Shown: positions 21,172 through 31,636 of the stretch, piece after piece
Layout of the letters: every line of letters starts with the position of its first letter
Numbering within the stretch: position 1 is the stretch's first letter
DNA from: an uncultured Acidobacteriota bacterium
Lineage (GTDB): Bacteria > Acidobacteriota > Terriglobia > Acidiferrales > UBA7541
Assembly (NCBI GenBank): GCA_963810625.1
Contig: CAWEOJ010000002.1
Coordinates: 8,177 to 72,176 of the forward strand
DNA length: 64,000 nucleotides
Direction: 5' to 3'
Notes under the pieces: model-generated
The model's input: the letters and a program-made list of their open reading frames with translations, nothing else
Databases searched by the model: none
Told to the model about the DNA's origin: nothing
Program-made: the position numbers and the translations under genes

Positions 21172-22332
21172 ATGTCTCTGCCAATGTCACGAACATTAGC
21201 GCGAACAATTTTGGCCGCGGCTTCGATGGCCTTACTCCTGGACCTGCCCGCTTTCATGGGCCTGCCCGCCGCGGCGGGCCTTCGCGCGCGCGCGCAATCG
21301 CAAGCTCCCCCGGGTCCGCCCTCGGCGCCTGCCACTCAACCTCCCGCCCCGCAGCAGACCATCCCGCCGGCCGACATTCGCTCGCGCATGGTCGTCGAGA
21401 GCCGTCTTGTTCTCGTGCCCGTGACGGTAAAGGATAAGGATGGCCATTTGGTGGGCGGCCTTCAGAAAGAAGACTTCCGCGTCTTCGCCGATGGCATCGA
21501 ACAGCAAATCCTTCTCTTTACCTCCGATCCCTTTCCGCTTTCGGCTGTGGTGGTCATTGACAATGATCTCTCGGACAAGGCCGCCGGCCAGGTGCAAAAA
21601 AGCCTCGTTTCCATCTCTGCCGGCTTCGGCCCGGATGACGAAGTCGCCGTGATAACCTACAGCGAGTTTCCCCACACCGTCTCCGATTTTTCCACCGACA
21701 ATGACCTTCTCTTTACCCAGCTCAAGCGCCTCGAACTCGGCTCACACACCACCGCCATTGTCGCCGATCCCACCACCGCTGGCCCTATGATCAACGGCCG
21801 GAGCCAGCCCAATGGGCTGGGCATTCCGCTCCATGGCTCGGGACGTCCCCAGGTGGATACCGCCCTGAGCGATGCTGTGTACGCTGCCGGAGACCTGCTC
21901 AAAGGGCGTGGACGCGGGCGGCGCAAAATTGTATTCCTGCTTTCGGATGGCTCCGATTCCGGGCGGGATCAGCATACCTTCGACGAAACGCTCCACTCTC
22001 TCCTCGCCGCGGATGTTTCCGTCTATTCCATTTCCGTCAGCCATCAGCTCCCGATTGGCAAGGGCCTGCTCGAGCGCGGCGCCCTCGAGGCGGATAAGTA
22101 CGCGCTCGAAACCGGCGGCGATACCTTCTATGCCGCCAAGCCGTATGATCTCGAGCGCCTTTATTCGGACGTCACCGAACAGGCGCGCAACGAGTACACG
22201 CTTACATTCTCTCCCAATGCGGCTGATCGCAGCCACGATTTTCATCCCATCGAAGTGCGCGTTCGCCGCCCCGATTTGGACGTCCGCGCCCGCAACGGCT
22301 ACTACCAGAGCGCCTTTTCCGCCGGCCACTAA
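21172..22332 (+). CDS. VWA domain protein (paralogue 3, degenerate MIDAS)
   Basis: Same architecture (FRVFADGIEQQI), but the MIDAS position reads VVIDNDLS. Confidence 0.75.
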   Translation: MSLPMSRTLARTILAAASMALLLDLPAFMGLPAAAGLRARAQSQAPPGPPSAPATQPPAPQQTIPPADIRSRMVVESRLVLVPVTVKDKDGHLVGGLQKEDFRVFADGIEQQILLFTSDPFPLSAVVVIDNDLSDKAAGQVQKSLVSISAGFGPDDEVAVITYSEFPHTVSDFSTDNDLLFTQLKRLELGSHTTAIVADPTTAGPMINGRSQPNGLGIPLHGSGRPQVDTALSDAVYAAGDLLKGRGRGRRKIVFLLSDGSDSGRDQHTFDETLHSLLAADVSVYSISVSHQLPIGKGLLERGALEADKYALETGGDTFYAAKPYDLERLYSDVTEQARNEYTLTFSPNAADRSHDFHPIEVRVRRPDLDVRARNGYYQSAFSAGH

Positions 22333-22370
22333 ACCTCGCGCGCCATGGCGCGCCGCGGCATGGAAATCTG

Positions 22371-22436
22371 TGGTGGGTCGGTTTGAATTTTCTTGATCGT
22401 GACACAAAGAGCCAAAATTCAAACTGACCCATTACC
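22371..22436 (+). repeat. 66-bp hairpin REP/MITE-like element, copy 1
   Basis: GGGTCGGTTTGAATTTT (22375-22391) pairs with AAAATTCAAACTGACCC (22414-22430) around the loop CTTGATCGTGACACAAAGAGCC. Lies between convergent genes. Confidence 0.85.
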
Positions 22437-22560
22437 GGAAACCTTTTCCGCTTGACTTCGTTTATTCGCCCATCTATAGATGAATGAAGCGAGCGCGTGC
22501 GCGCTGATTTTCCGGCGCGCGCCTCGCGGGGAGAAGCTTCACCGCAGTTCATGCGCGTAG

Positions 22561-22586
22561 TTTGCGTCCCGATGGTTTGAATCGGG
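22561..22586 (+). repeat. short hairpin REP (CCCGAT-N7-ATCGGG family), copy 1
   Basis: tttgcgtCCCGATggtttgaATCGGG; related copies lie at 30691, 35653 and 54670. Confidence 0.6.
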
Positions 22587-22711
22587 CGCGCATATGCGCT
22601 CCGCGATTTCACGGAGCGCAAAACGAATCCGGGCTTCGCTCTGCGAAAGAAGTCCGTCGGTAAATCGAAAAGCGGGGTATCGGCTCTCGCCGCCGCCCCG
22701 CTTTTCCTTTT

Positions 22712-25700
22712 TCACTCTGATTTTTCCCGCACCGGCCGGATGGTAAGCAGCTGCTCGTGCGCCGGGCACAGCGGCTTGTAATCGCAATAGCCGCAGCCGT
22801 AGCCCTTCTTCGCCGGAAATTCTCCCGCGCGTATCAGGTCCGCCACTTCCGCGATTCTTTCCTTGGTGGCCGCCAGCGCCTTGTCGTCCCGCGTCGTCTC
22901 CACGCGCTCGTTGGTCGCCAGATTGTAGAAGACAAGCCGCCGAGCGGCCGCACCTAGCACCTCCCGCGCCGCCAGCGCGTAGACGCTCAGTTGCAGGTCC
23001 TCCGCGGCCTTCTTTTCGCCTCGCGGCCTCCCGGTCTTGTAATCCACGATCTCGATTTCGTCCTTTTCGATGCGGTTCACCTGGTCCATTCGGCCTGTGA
23101 CCACCACGTCGTTTTCCATCGGCAGCTCGAAGGTTTTTTCCTGATGCAGCACATGCGCCGGCGCTTCGCTATAGCTCTTATGAAAAGCTTCCAATTGTTC
23201 GCGTCCCGCCTTGCGGTATTCCGATTCCTGGTAATCATCCGGGAATCCCGTGCTGCGCCATTCGCGGTCGTAAATCGAAAATAGTTCATCGAGCGGCACT
23301 TTCCCCCGCTTCCGCATCTCCCGCACGAATTCCCGGATCGTCGCGTGCATCACGTTTCCGAAGGTAAACTGCGCGTGCGGCCCGCCCCGGAGCTTCCACA
23401 TGTGTTCGAACATGTATTTCATCGGGCAGCTCTCGTATTCCCCGATGGCCGACGCGCTCAATTGCAGCGGCTCCGGACGCGGCGGATGATACGCCCGCGC
23501 CCACAGCGCCACGTGCGAATACGCCCGCGCATTTTCCGGCGCCCAGCCGAATAGCCGCCCCAGCCGCAATTTTTTCGAGTCCGCCGCCGGACCGGCCGCC
23601 TCTTCCGGCGCCGCCGCCTCCACCTTCGGCGCGCTCTGCTCCGTATCCAGCTTCTGGATTTTCGCGTTCATCAGAAAATCGTCGAGGAACGGCGAATGTT
23701 TGTGCCAGCGGCCCTCAATCGTCGTAAGCGTCAACCGCCGCTTGGCTCGCGTGAGCGCCACATAAAAAAGCCTCCGCTCCTCCTGTTTCCAGAAATCGCC
23801 CTTGGGCCTTTCCTCCTTCATCAGCTCTTCCGGGAACTCGAGCACTTGCGGCCGCTCGCCCGAGGGAAATTCGCGCTTGGTCACTCGCAGGATGAATACG
23901 TGCGGAAATTCCAAGCCCTTGGCTGCATGGACGGTCATCAACTGCACGGCATCGCCGGAAATTTCCTCGTCCAGCGTGATGTTGCCTCCCAGCTCGTCGA
24001 AGTAGCCGAGATATTCCAGAAAATCCGCCAGGCGTTTCCCCTCGGACTTCTTCTCCCACTCCTTCACGAACTCCACGAATCGCTCGAGATATTTTCGGTC
24101 CGCATCCGATTCGAGCGGCGCCACGCCCAGCCCCGCGATCAGTTCGCCCAGCAGCTCGCTCGCCGTTTTTTTCCGCGCGCTCTCGCGCAGCCCCTTGACG
24201 AACGCGACAAGTTCCGCAATCCGCGCCTTTCCGCTTCCGATGGCCGGATCGTTCTCCGCCGCTTCCACCTCGTCCCACAGCGGCCGCCGCTCGTTTCTTT
24301 CCGCGCGCTCCGCCAGCCGCGCCAGATCGCGCGGCTCGAGACGCCAGTAGGGAATTGCCAGCACGCGCGCGCAGGCTACGTCGTTCCCCGGCGCGCCGAT
24401 TAACCGCACATACGCCAGCAGATCGCGCACCAGCGTGCTCGAAAGAATCGAAAGCTTGCGTATCACGTAGGGAATCCGCCGGCGCGCCAGCGCCTCCGCC
24501 ACCTGCTCGCGGTGCGTGTGCTTGCGGTAGAGCACGGCCATGCTGCGCCACGGCGCGCCCGCTTCGTGCAGCCGCTCGATTTCCGACGCCACCCACTCGG
24601 CTTCCTCCGCCGTCCCGCCGAATTCCACCACCCGGATTTTTTCGCCCTCCGGATTTTCCGTGGTCAATTTCTTCGCCGGCAGCAGTGGCGACCGCTCGTT
24701 GTGCCCGATCACTTCCCCCGCCACGCGCAGGATGCGGTGCGTCGAGCGGTAATTCTGCTTGAGCGATACCAGAAATTTCTTTTCGTCCACGCCGCGCAGT
24801 CCCTCTCCCGCCCCGCAAAATTGTTTCAGAAAGATTGTAAAACTCCCGAACGACGCCCCGCGAAACCGGTAAATCGCCTGATCGTCGTCACCCACCGCCA
24901 AAATGTTCCGCCGCTCGCCCGCCAGCAGCGCGAGCAATTCCAGTTGCGCGATGTTCGTGTCCTGAAACTCGTCCACGAGGATGTAGCGATACTGTTCGCG
25001 CATCCCCTCGAGCAGCGCCGCGTCCGCGCGCAGCATCTCCACGGCCTGCAAGATCTGCGCGCCAAAGGTGTGCAGCTTGCGCTCGCGCAGCAGCCGCTCG
25101 CTCACGCGATACGCCCGCGCCAGCTCCTCTTTCTTCTGCAGCTCCTCTTCCGCGATTTCCCACGCATCCGCAGCGAGCGAATTTTTGCGCTCCTCGTGCT
25201 GCCGCCGCAGCTCCGCGACAAATTTCTCGAAATCCTCCGACGTCACCAGCTCGTCCTGGCAGCGCGAAAAAAATGTGACGAAGTCCTTCAGAAATTCCGC
25301 CGGCTCCGCCAGCCGCCGGAAATGCTCAAGCCCCAGCTCCGCGATGTTTCGCCGCAGCAGGATTTGGTGGTCCAGTCTCATCGAGCGGCTGTATTTCGGG
25401 GTTCACCCTCTGCAGAATTTTCTCGAGGCAAAATTTGTGGAACGTCCCGAGCCATACTCCCTCGGCCCGCTCGCCCACCGCCCGCACCACGCGACTCTTC
25501 ATCTCCCCCGCGGCCTTGTCCGTGAACGTGAGGCCCAGAATATTTTCGCCCTGCAGCGACGCGTCCCGCTCGAGCAGCGCGCGTATGCGCTCGGTGATCA
25601 CGCGCGTCTTGCCCGTTCCCGCGCCCGCCACGACGAGCAGCGGCCCCTCGCCGTGCTCCACCGCCGCGCGCTGCTCCGCATTCAAAGCGTGCCCCTCCTC

Positions 25701-25721
25701 GAAATGTCCCGTGGGATTCAT
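22712..25721 (-). pseudogene. UvrD/PcrA-type helicase fused to a C-terminal PD-(D/E)XK (Cas4/AddB-like, Cys-cluster) nuclease; one +1 frame break near 25375-25402
   Basis: N-terminal ORF 25326..25721 (AGAGTGKT Walker A ... GTFHKFCLEKILQRVNPEIQPLD) continues in ORF 22712..25381 (RLDHQILLRRNIAELGLEHF...). C-terminus has DYKTGRP, QLSVYALA and CGYCDYKPLC. Confidence 0.8.
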
Positions 25722-26101
25722 CGCCGCTCTTCGACGCTCGTCGAGTCTGTGTGAGAATTCGAGAATCTTTGTAGGTCGTGGCTTTAGCCACGACGAAAGC
25801 CTTGCAAAATCAGGACGGCTTTAGCCGCTGAAGTTCCGATTTTTGCAGGTCCCACACAGACTCTCAGCGCCCCCTATCTTACCAGCTTGCCCGAAAAACC
25901 CCCAAAAAATATCTTTGCTTTTTCTTCGCCCCATGCTAATATTCCTCTCCGCAAACAATCGGGCCGCCCCTTCCCGCACTCTGGTAGAATCGGGCCGCCC
26001 GCAGTAGCGGGCATGTCCGCCGTAGCCCGCCCTGGCGCGTCGAAGATCCGCCGTGGCGGACGAAGGTGGAACCTAAAACGAACGCCCTCTCGAGGTGCTC
26101 C

Positions 26102-27178
26102 ATGAGCGACGAAAAAACTAAAAATCTGGATTTGGCGATTTTGCAAATTGAAAAGCAGTATGGCAAAGGCTCCATCATGCGCCTGGGCAATCGCGACGTG
26201 CTCGTCCCCGTCAGCGTGATTCCCACCGGCTCCATCTCCATTGACGCCGCGCTGGGCGTCGGCGGATTTCCCCGCGGCCGCGTCATCGAAGTGTACGGCC
26301 CGGAATCGGGCGGCAAGACCACGCTCACCCTGCACGTGATCGCCGAAGCGCAAAAGCTCGGCGGCCAGGCCGCCTTCATTGACGCCGAGCACGCCCTCGA
26401 TCCCGCCTACGCCCGCAAGCTCGGCGTGGACGTGGACAACCTCCTCGTCTCGCAGCCGGACAATGGCGAACAGGCCCTCGAAATCGCCGAAGCGCTCATT
26501 CGCTCGAACGCCGTGGACATCATCGTCGTGGACTCCGTCGCCGCGCTCGTCCCGCGCGCCGAGCTCGAAGGCGACATGGGCGATGCGCAAATGGGCTTGC
26601 AGGCGCGCCTGATGTCCCAAGCCCTGCGCAAGCTCACCGCCATCGTCTCCAAATCGAAGACGTGCCTCATCTTCATCAATCAGATTCGCGAAAAAATCGG
26701 CGTGATGTTCGGCAATCCCGAAACCACCACCGGCGGCCGCGCCCTGAAATTCTACTCCTCCATCCGCGTGGACATCCGCCGCATCCAGTCCATCAAGGAA
26801 GGCGACCGCGTGGTCGGCTCGCGCACACGCGCCAAAATCGTGAAGAACAAAGTCGCCGCGCCCTTCCGCGAGGCCGAATTCGACATCATCTACGGCGAAG
26901 GCGTCTCCCGCGAAGGCGATCTCCTCGACCTCGGCGTCATGAAGGGCCTGCTCGAAAAATCCGGCACCTGGATTTCCTACAAGGGCGAGCGCCTCGGCCA
27001 AGGCCGCGACAACGCGCGCGTCTTCCTGCGCGAAAACCCCGAAATCCGCGCCAAAATTGACCACGACTTGCGCAAGGCCCTCGGCCTCGCGCCGCTCGTC
27101 GCGGAAAAGCCCGCGCCCGACGCCGAAAAGCTCGGCCCCAAGGCCGTCGCCGCCGCGCAAGGCCGCTCCGCCCGCTAG
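26102..27178 (+). CDS. recA: recombinase RecA
   Basis: [29 protein letters not shown]...[13 protein letters not shown]; unmistakable RecA. Confidence 0.97.
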   Translation: MSDEKTKNLDLAILQIEKQYGKGSIMRLGNRDVLVPVSVIPTGSISIDAALGVGGFPRGRVIEVYGPESGGKTTLTLHVIAEAQKLGGQAAFIDAEHALDPAYARKLGVDVDNLLVSQPDNGEQALEIAEALIRSNAVDIIVVDSVAALVPRAELEGDMGDAQMGLQARLMSQALRKLTAIVSKSKTCLIFINQIREKIGVMFGNPETTTGGRALKFYSSIRVDIRRIQSIKEGDRVVGSRTRAKIVKNKVAAPFREAEFDIIYGEGVSREGDLLDLGVMKGLLEKSGTWISYKGERLGQGRDNARVFLRENPEIRAKIDHDLRKALGLAPLVAEKPAPDAEKLGPKAVAAAQGRSAR

Positions 27179-27215
27179 CGCTTAACGTAACTCCGGAGTT
27201 GTCATCCCGAGCGGA

Positions 27216-27258
27216 GTCCCCGCCTTTGCTTCCCCCTCGTTTTCTGAGGGGCGGGGAC
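27216..27258 (+). terminator. imperfect GC-rich hairpin downstream of recA (possible terminator or REP)
   Basis: GTCCCCGCC...CCCCTCgttttctGAGGGGCGGGGAC followed by ctgctttt; the U-tract is weak. Confidence 0.3.
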
Positions 27259-27496
27259 GCAGGGAGGGATCTGCTTTTGAATTTGCCTCTAACACCATGC
27301 AACCTTTCCGCGTCCGCCAGTCTCTAAATTTTACATCCGGACCATGGGACACTTACCCCCAGCCTGTCCCTCAGGCCAGTTGCGCCGCCCCATGTCGAGC
27401 TGGATAATGGGTTGATTCTTTTTGGTTGCGCTCGCATGTGCCGTTTGCATAGACTTTGAACTGCTTTTCTTGGGAGCCGCCACAGACCAGCTATAT

Positions 27497-28693
27497 ATGC
27501 GCCACAGCCCAGCCTTTCAACAAGCGGTATCGGTTTTTTGTCTTTTTCTCGCCGGGGCTTTTGCAGCGGCCTTCGGGGCGACGCCCGCCAGCCGCACGCG
27601 TACCCGCACCCATCACCACTACCATTACGCGCCACCCGTCGACCCATCGAAGGACGACGTCGCCACATATGACGACCCCGTCGTCCGCGATGTCGCCCTG
27701 GACGCGCTCGGCCACGAAAATGGCTCCGTCGTCGCCATGGACCCCACCACCGGCCGTATTCTCACCATCGTCAATCAGAAAATGGCCTTTTCTTCCGGCT
27801 TCGAGCCTTGCTCCACCATCAAGCCCTTCATCGCCATCGCCGGCTTGGAAGAGGGCGTCATCACCCGCGACACCATGATTCGCGTGGCCTCCCGCCGCTA
27901 CATGGACCTCACCGAGGCCTTGGCCCACTCCAACAATGAATTCTTTCAGACCGTCGGCACCGAGCTCGGCTTCGACCGCGTAATCAAATATGACCGCCTC
28001 CTGGGGCTTGGCCAGCGCGTGGGCTACGCCATTCCCGAAGAGCAGCCCGGCGCGCTCCCGCTCGCTCCTCCCGCCTATGGAGGCACGGCGCGCATGTCCA
28101 GCTTCGGCTCGGGCGTCCGCATCACGCCGTTTCAGCTCGCCTCGCTCGTCGGGATGCTCGCCAATGGCGGCACGCAATATTATTTGCAATATCCCCGCAC
28201 CGCCCTCGAGCGTGAAAATTTCGAGCCGCGCGTGCGCCAGCAGTTTGATATCGCCCCGGTCCTTCCGGACCTCCGCGAAGGCATGCTCGCCGCCGTCCTC
28301 TACGGCTCCGCGCGCCGCAGTTACGACCCCGATGGCGAACAGGACCTCGGCAAGACCGGCACCTGCAATGACGAAGAAATGGGCGGACGCCTCGGCTGGT
28401 TCGCCTCCTACGCCGACCAGGCCCATCCCAAAATCGTGATTGTCGTCCTTCTCCACGGCGGCAGCCGCAAGATTAGCGGCCCGCACGCCTCCGAAATCGC
28501 CGGCCGCATCTATCGCGGCCTCTACGAACGCAATTATTTCGCCGACGACGATTCCGCGAACCCTTCGCAGTACCTCTCGCAATACTCTCCTTCGTCGCAG
28601 CAGTCCGCCGCGGCCTCCGGCGCCATCGCGCCCTCCTCGCTCGGAAATTATTCCCGTTTCGCCCCCGCCGCCTCCTTCTCCTCTTCGCACTAA
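27497..28693 (+). CDS. penicillin-binding protein, transpeptidase domain
   Basis: TM/signal, then CSTIKP (SxxK), HSNNEF (SxN) and KTGTC (KTG). Start taken at MRHSPAF. Confidence 0.8.
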   Translation: MRHSPAFQQAVSVFCLFLAGAFAAAFGATPASRTRTRTHHHYHYAPPVDPSKDDVATYDDPVVRDVALDALGHENGSVVAMDPTTGRILTIVNQKMAFSSGFEPCSTIKPFIAIAGLEEGVITRDTMIRVASRRYMDLTEALAHSNNEFFQTVGTELGFDRVIKYDRLLGLGQRVGYAIPEEQPGALPLAPPAYGGTARMSSFGSGVRITPFQLASLVGMLANGGTQYYLQYPRTALERENFEPRVRQQFDIAPVLPDLREGMLAAVLYGSARRSYDPDGEQDLGKTGTCNDEEMGGRLGWFASYADQAHPKIVIVVLLHGGSRKISGPHASEIAGRIYRGLYERNYFADDDSANPSQYLSQYSPSSQQSAAASGAIAPSSLGNYSRFAPAASFSSSH

Positions 28694-28810
28694 TAGAATC
28701 CATCTACAGTTTTATCCCCTCCAAATCTAACGATTCGACCATATTCTCTCTTTCTCGAGTTCCCTCGTAACATGCGCCTGTTCTGATACCGAAAGGAGGT
28801 TCCCAATCCC

Positions 28811-29416
28811 ATGCGCACATCCCAATACAAGAACAAGGCTGCGCGCTTCGCCATCGCCGCGCTGCTCGGCGGAATTTTCCTGGCTTTCTCCGCTCCCGCC
28901 ATTGGCTCCATCCAGCCGTTCCAGCCATTACAACAGCAAACTCCAGTCCGGCCCGACGTCCGCTCCGAGCAATATATCAACCGCGAAGTCGGCCACGTCC
29001 TGGCCCTGCTTCCCTTTTATTCCGTCTTCGACATTCTGCAGTACAGCGTTCAGGGATATCACGTCACACTGAAGGGAGCGGTGATTCACCCCACGCTTAA
29101 AGCCGACGCCGAAGCCGCCGTCAAGAAGATCGAGGGCGTCGAAAGCGTTGACAACGAAATCGAAGTCCTCCCGCTTTCAGCCGCCGACGACCAAATCCGC
29201 CGCGCCGAGTTCCACGCCATCTATTCGCAGCCCAATCTCGACCGCTACGCGCAGGAAGCCGTGCTCTCCATTCACATTATCGTCAGGAACGGCCAGGTCG
29301 CTCTCGAAGGCGTCGTGGATAGCCAGGGCGACAAGGAAGCCGCCGGCATCGCCGCCAACACCGTCCCCGGCGTCTTCTCCGTCACCAACAACCTCGTCGT
29401 CCAGCCCGGCCGATAA
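28811..29416 (+). CDS. BON-domain protein (two BON repeats), secreted
   Basis: Signal peptide; VTLKGAVIHPTLKADAEAAVKKIEGVESVDNEIEV and VALEGVVDSQGDKEAAGIAANTVPGVFSVTNNLVV. Confidence 0.8.
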   Translation: MRTSQYKNKAARFAIAALLGGIFLAFSAPAIGSIQPFQPLQQQTPVRPDVRSEQYINREVGHVLALLPFYSVFDILQYSVQGYHVTLKGAVIHPTLKADAEAAVKKIEGVESVDNEIEVLPLSAADDQIRRAEFHAIYSQPNLDRYAQEAVLSIHIIVRNGQVALEGVVDSQGDKEAAGIAANTVPGVFSVTNNLVVQPGR

Positions 29417-29517
29417 TTTCTTTACATCAGCGAAGAGGTTACCCGCTCTGTATGCCGCGCCCTTTGCGGCGTAAGGGTGTATCTTCCGTGTGGCGGGTAA
29501 CCAGCAGCCGCGGGCGC

Positions 29518-29590
29518 GTGGGTCGGTTTGTGAATTTTCTGTCCCGATCGTGACGCAAAGAGCCAAAATTTCTCTGAACTTGCCCTCATC
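29518..29590 (+). repeat. degenerate copy of the 66-bp hairpin element (copy 2)
   Basis: Left arm and loop are conserved (gtgggtcggtttgtgaattttc..gatcgtgacgcaaagagcc); the right arm has decayed. Confidence 0.6.
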
Positions 29591-29651
29591 CCCAGTACCC
29601 ATGCGGCGGGTAGCCATTGACAATGGTACAATATATGCTACCATCGCAACG

Positions 29652-29990
29652 ATGGTCGCCATTCGCGAATACCTGAACGCGAATGGGGGCAGCCCTTTTC
29701 GACGTTGGTACGACGGGCTGAACTCCCAGGCCGCGGACAAAGTGACGACAGCCCTGTATCGCTTGGAGCTGGGGAACTTCTCCAACGTCCAAGGCGTCGG
29801 AGCCGGTGTCTTTGAGTGCCGGATCAATTTCGGCCCGGGCTACCGTGTGTATTTCGGAAAGGACGGCGAGGAGATCGTGATTCTCCTGGGCGGCGGAATC
29901 AAACAAAGCCAGCAATATGACATCCGCCTGGCGCTCGGCCGCTGGGAGGACTATAAGCAGAGGAAGCAGCGGCGGAAAGAAGAGGAATGA
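29652..29990 (+). CDS. type II toxin, RelE/ParE-superfamily 'addiction module killer' (HigB-like)
   Basis: MVAIREYLNANGGSPFRRWYDGLNSQAADKV...GVFECRINFGPGYRVYFGKDGEEIVILLGGG resembles the killer-protein family. Stop overlaps the next start (ATGA). Confidence 0.75.
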   Translation: MVAIREYLNANGGSPFRRWYDGLNSQAADKVTTALYRLELGNFSNVQGVGAGVFECRINFGPGYRVYFGKDGEEIVILLGGGIKQSQQYDIRLALGRWEDYKQRKQRRKEEE

Positions 29991-30394
29991 AAATGGCCTT
30001 GACGCGAGATTTCAGAGAAACGGTTCAAGCACGTATGAAACGCGATCCTGTCTTTCGAAGGGGTATGGTGAGCGAAGCAATCGAAAGCCTCCTCGCCGGC
30101 GAGGTGGCGCTCGGCAAGGAGCTTTTGCGTGATTACATCAACGCTACAATCAGCTTTCCCAAGCTGGCCGCGCGTACCAAAATCCACGTGAAAACTCTTC
30201 ACCAGATGTTTGGCACGAAGGGAAATCCCACCGCCAGCAATCTGTTTGAGATTATTGTCCATTTGCAGCGAGCGGAAGGCGTGCGCTTCGAAGTCCGGCC
30301 CGCGCGCGCCGCCCTGCGCACGCCTGCCCGCCGTGGCGGGAGGCGCCGGCCATCCTCTCACCGAACAAAACGCGTCTCTTTGCGCTCCGGATAA
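29987..30394 (+). CDS. type II antitoxin, 'addiction module antidote' HTH protein (HigA-like); the C-terminal ~30 aa look like read-through into a REP
   Basis: MKMALTRDFRETVQARMKRDPVF...AARTKIHVKTLHQMFGTKGNPTASNLFEIIVHL. The tail RTPARRGGRRRPSS is encoded by a cctgcccgccgtggcggg hairpin repeat. Confidence 0.7.
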   Translation: MKMALTRDFRETVQARMKRDPVFRRGMVSEAIESLLAGEVALGKELLRDYINATISFPKLAARTKIHVKTLHQMFGTKGNPTASNLFEIIVHLQRAEGVRFEVRPARAALRTPARRGGRRRPSSHRTKRVSLRSG

Positions 30395-30690
30395 TTCTGT
30401 GGAGCGCGTCGTGTTCCGTGTCAGGGCTCGGCGTTTTGTTTTTCGGGTGCCCCATGCTCGGTTTGTGAGCGTGGGGATTCCAGTATTTGGTTTTTCGGGT
30501 GCCCCATCCTCACGGTGTGTGTGAGAGTGGGATCTTTTCTCTTGCCTTTGCCCTCATCCCTCACCCTCGCCCTCGCTTGGGCGCGTGGCCCAGCCTATTT
30601 TTCTCGCCCCCGACGAAGCACGAACCTGCGCACCGCACCTCAAGTCACATAACGGATCAACGAAAATCCTGCGGGTGTGCGTCTTCTGCA

Positions 30691-30711
30691 CCCCGATGTT
30701 TTGTATCGGGG
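30691..30711 (+). repeat. short hairpin REP (CCCGAT-N7-ATCGGG family), copy 2
   Basis: CCCCGATgttttgtATCGGGG. Confidence 0.55.
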
Positions 30712-30840
30712 CGTCCTGTTTACCCCGCCGCAGGCTTGCCCTGCTTGCCCTGACGTAGGAAGGGAGGCACGAAGGGAAGGGAGGGGGAACGGTGCGCGGG
30801 TTTTGACCGTGCGTTCCCTCGGAAGGGCGTCGTCTGGCGG

Positions 30841-30906
30841 TGGTGGGTCAGTTTGGATTTTCTTGATCGTGACACAAAGAGCCAAAATTCAAACTGACCC
30901 ATTACC
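30841..30906 (+). repeat. 66-bp hairpin REP/MITE-like element, copy 3
   Basis: tggtGGGTCAGTTTGGATTTTcttgatcgtgacacaaagagccAAAATTCAAACTGACCCattaccc. Confidence 0.85.
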
Positions 30907-30956
30907 CGTCTGGCCCATCGATTCGACTTCCCCTCCGCGCGATGTATAATGCAATT

Positions 30957-31095
30957 ATGGCTAAGGATGTGATCCACATCTCGGAAGCGGAAGCCGCGAA
31001 CGACTTCGCCACGCTCCTGGCGCACGTGCGCGCGGGCGCGGAAGTCGTCATCGAAAATGACGCGCGGCCCGTGGCCGTGCTGCGCTCTGCGGAGG
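30957..31095 (+). pseudogene. truncated Phd/YefM-type antitoxin (N-terminal ~46 aa only)
   Basis: MAKDVIHISEAEAANDFATLLAHVRAGAEVVIENDARPVAVLRSAE, then antitoxin-like sequence is lost at ~31090. Confidence 0.55.
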
Positions 31096-31599
31096 CGGAG
31101 GAGGGCCCACCGGCACCGGTTGGGGCGGCAATGGCGATTGGTCGGAGACCAACCCCTATGTCCCTACGCTTCCGGACGGTGCCCTCGACTGGTTACGGCT
31201 GCTTTCTCCTGGCAGCGCCGGCGGGTGCGGCCCCATCGATCCCAATTGCGGTTACAACGCGACTGATGCGGGGGAAGCGGGAGTCGGCGCCATAGCAATA
31301 TGCGAGATACTGGAGCCGTGCGGAGCAACGGTCGACACGGGCGCATTAATTTTCGGCGGATTATTCGTCGCCACGGAACTAACCCACGACATCTACAAGC
31401 ATTATTCAAAGGGCGGTGGGAGCCAGAACTCTCTGCCATCCTGGGTAACCGACCTAACCCGGGAGAAACTGCGGACCAGTTTGCGGACCGCGTTTGTAAG
31501 GATCAATATCCTCCTGACGGTGCTGGCTGCGGCAGCGGTGCTGCAAGCGAATTCAGCAAGATTAAAAAATGGGCTCAGGAGTGGATTAACAAACACTAG
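31061..31599 (+). pseudogene. start-less, frame-shifted polymorphic-toxin C-terminal remnant
   Basis: Frame 2 is open from 31061 with no ATG/GTG/TTG before 31481 (GGGGPTGTGWGGNGDWSETNPYVPTLPDG...HYSKGGGSQNSLPSWV). Plausible continuation in frame 1 (GNRPNPGETADQFADRVCKDQY...SEFSKIKKWAQEWINKH*). Confidence 0.45.
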
Positions 31600-31636
31600 A
31601 AATGAAACACCCAAACGACAATTGGGGAGGGGTCGC

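Noticed and set aside
25874-27160. 428-aa minus-strand ORF opposite recA
   Set aside because: Gly/Ala/Arg-rich, low-complexity shadow of an unmistakable recA on the + strand; typical high-GC antisense ORF.
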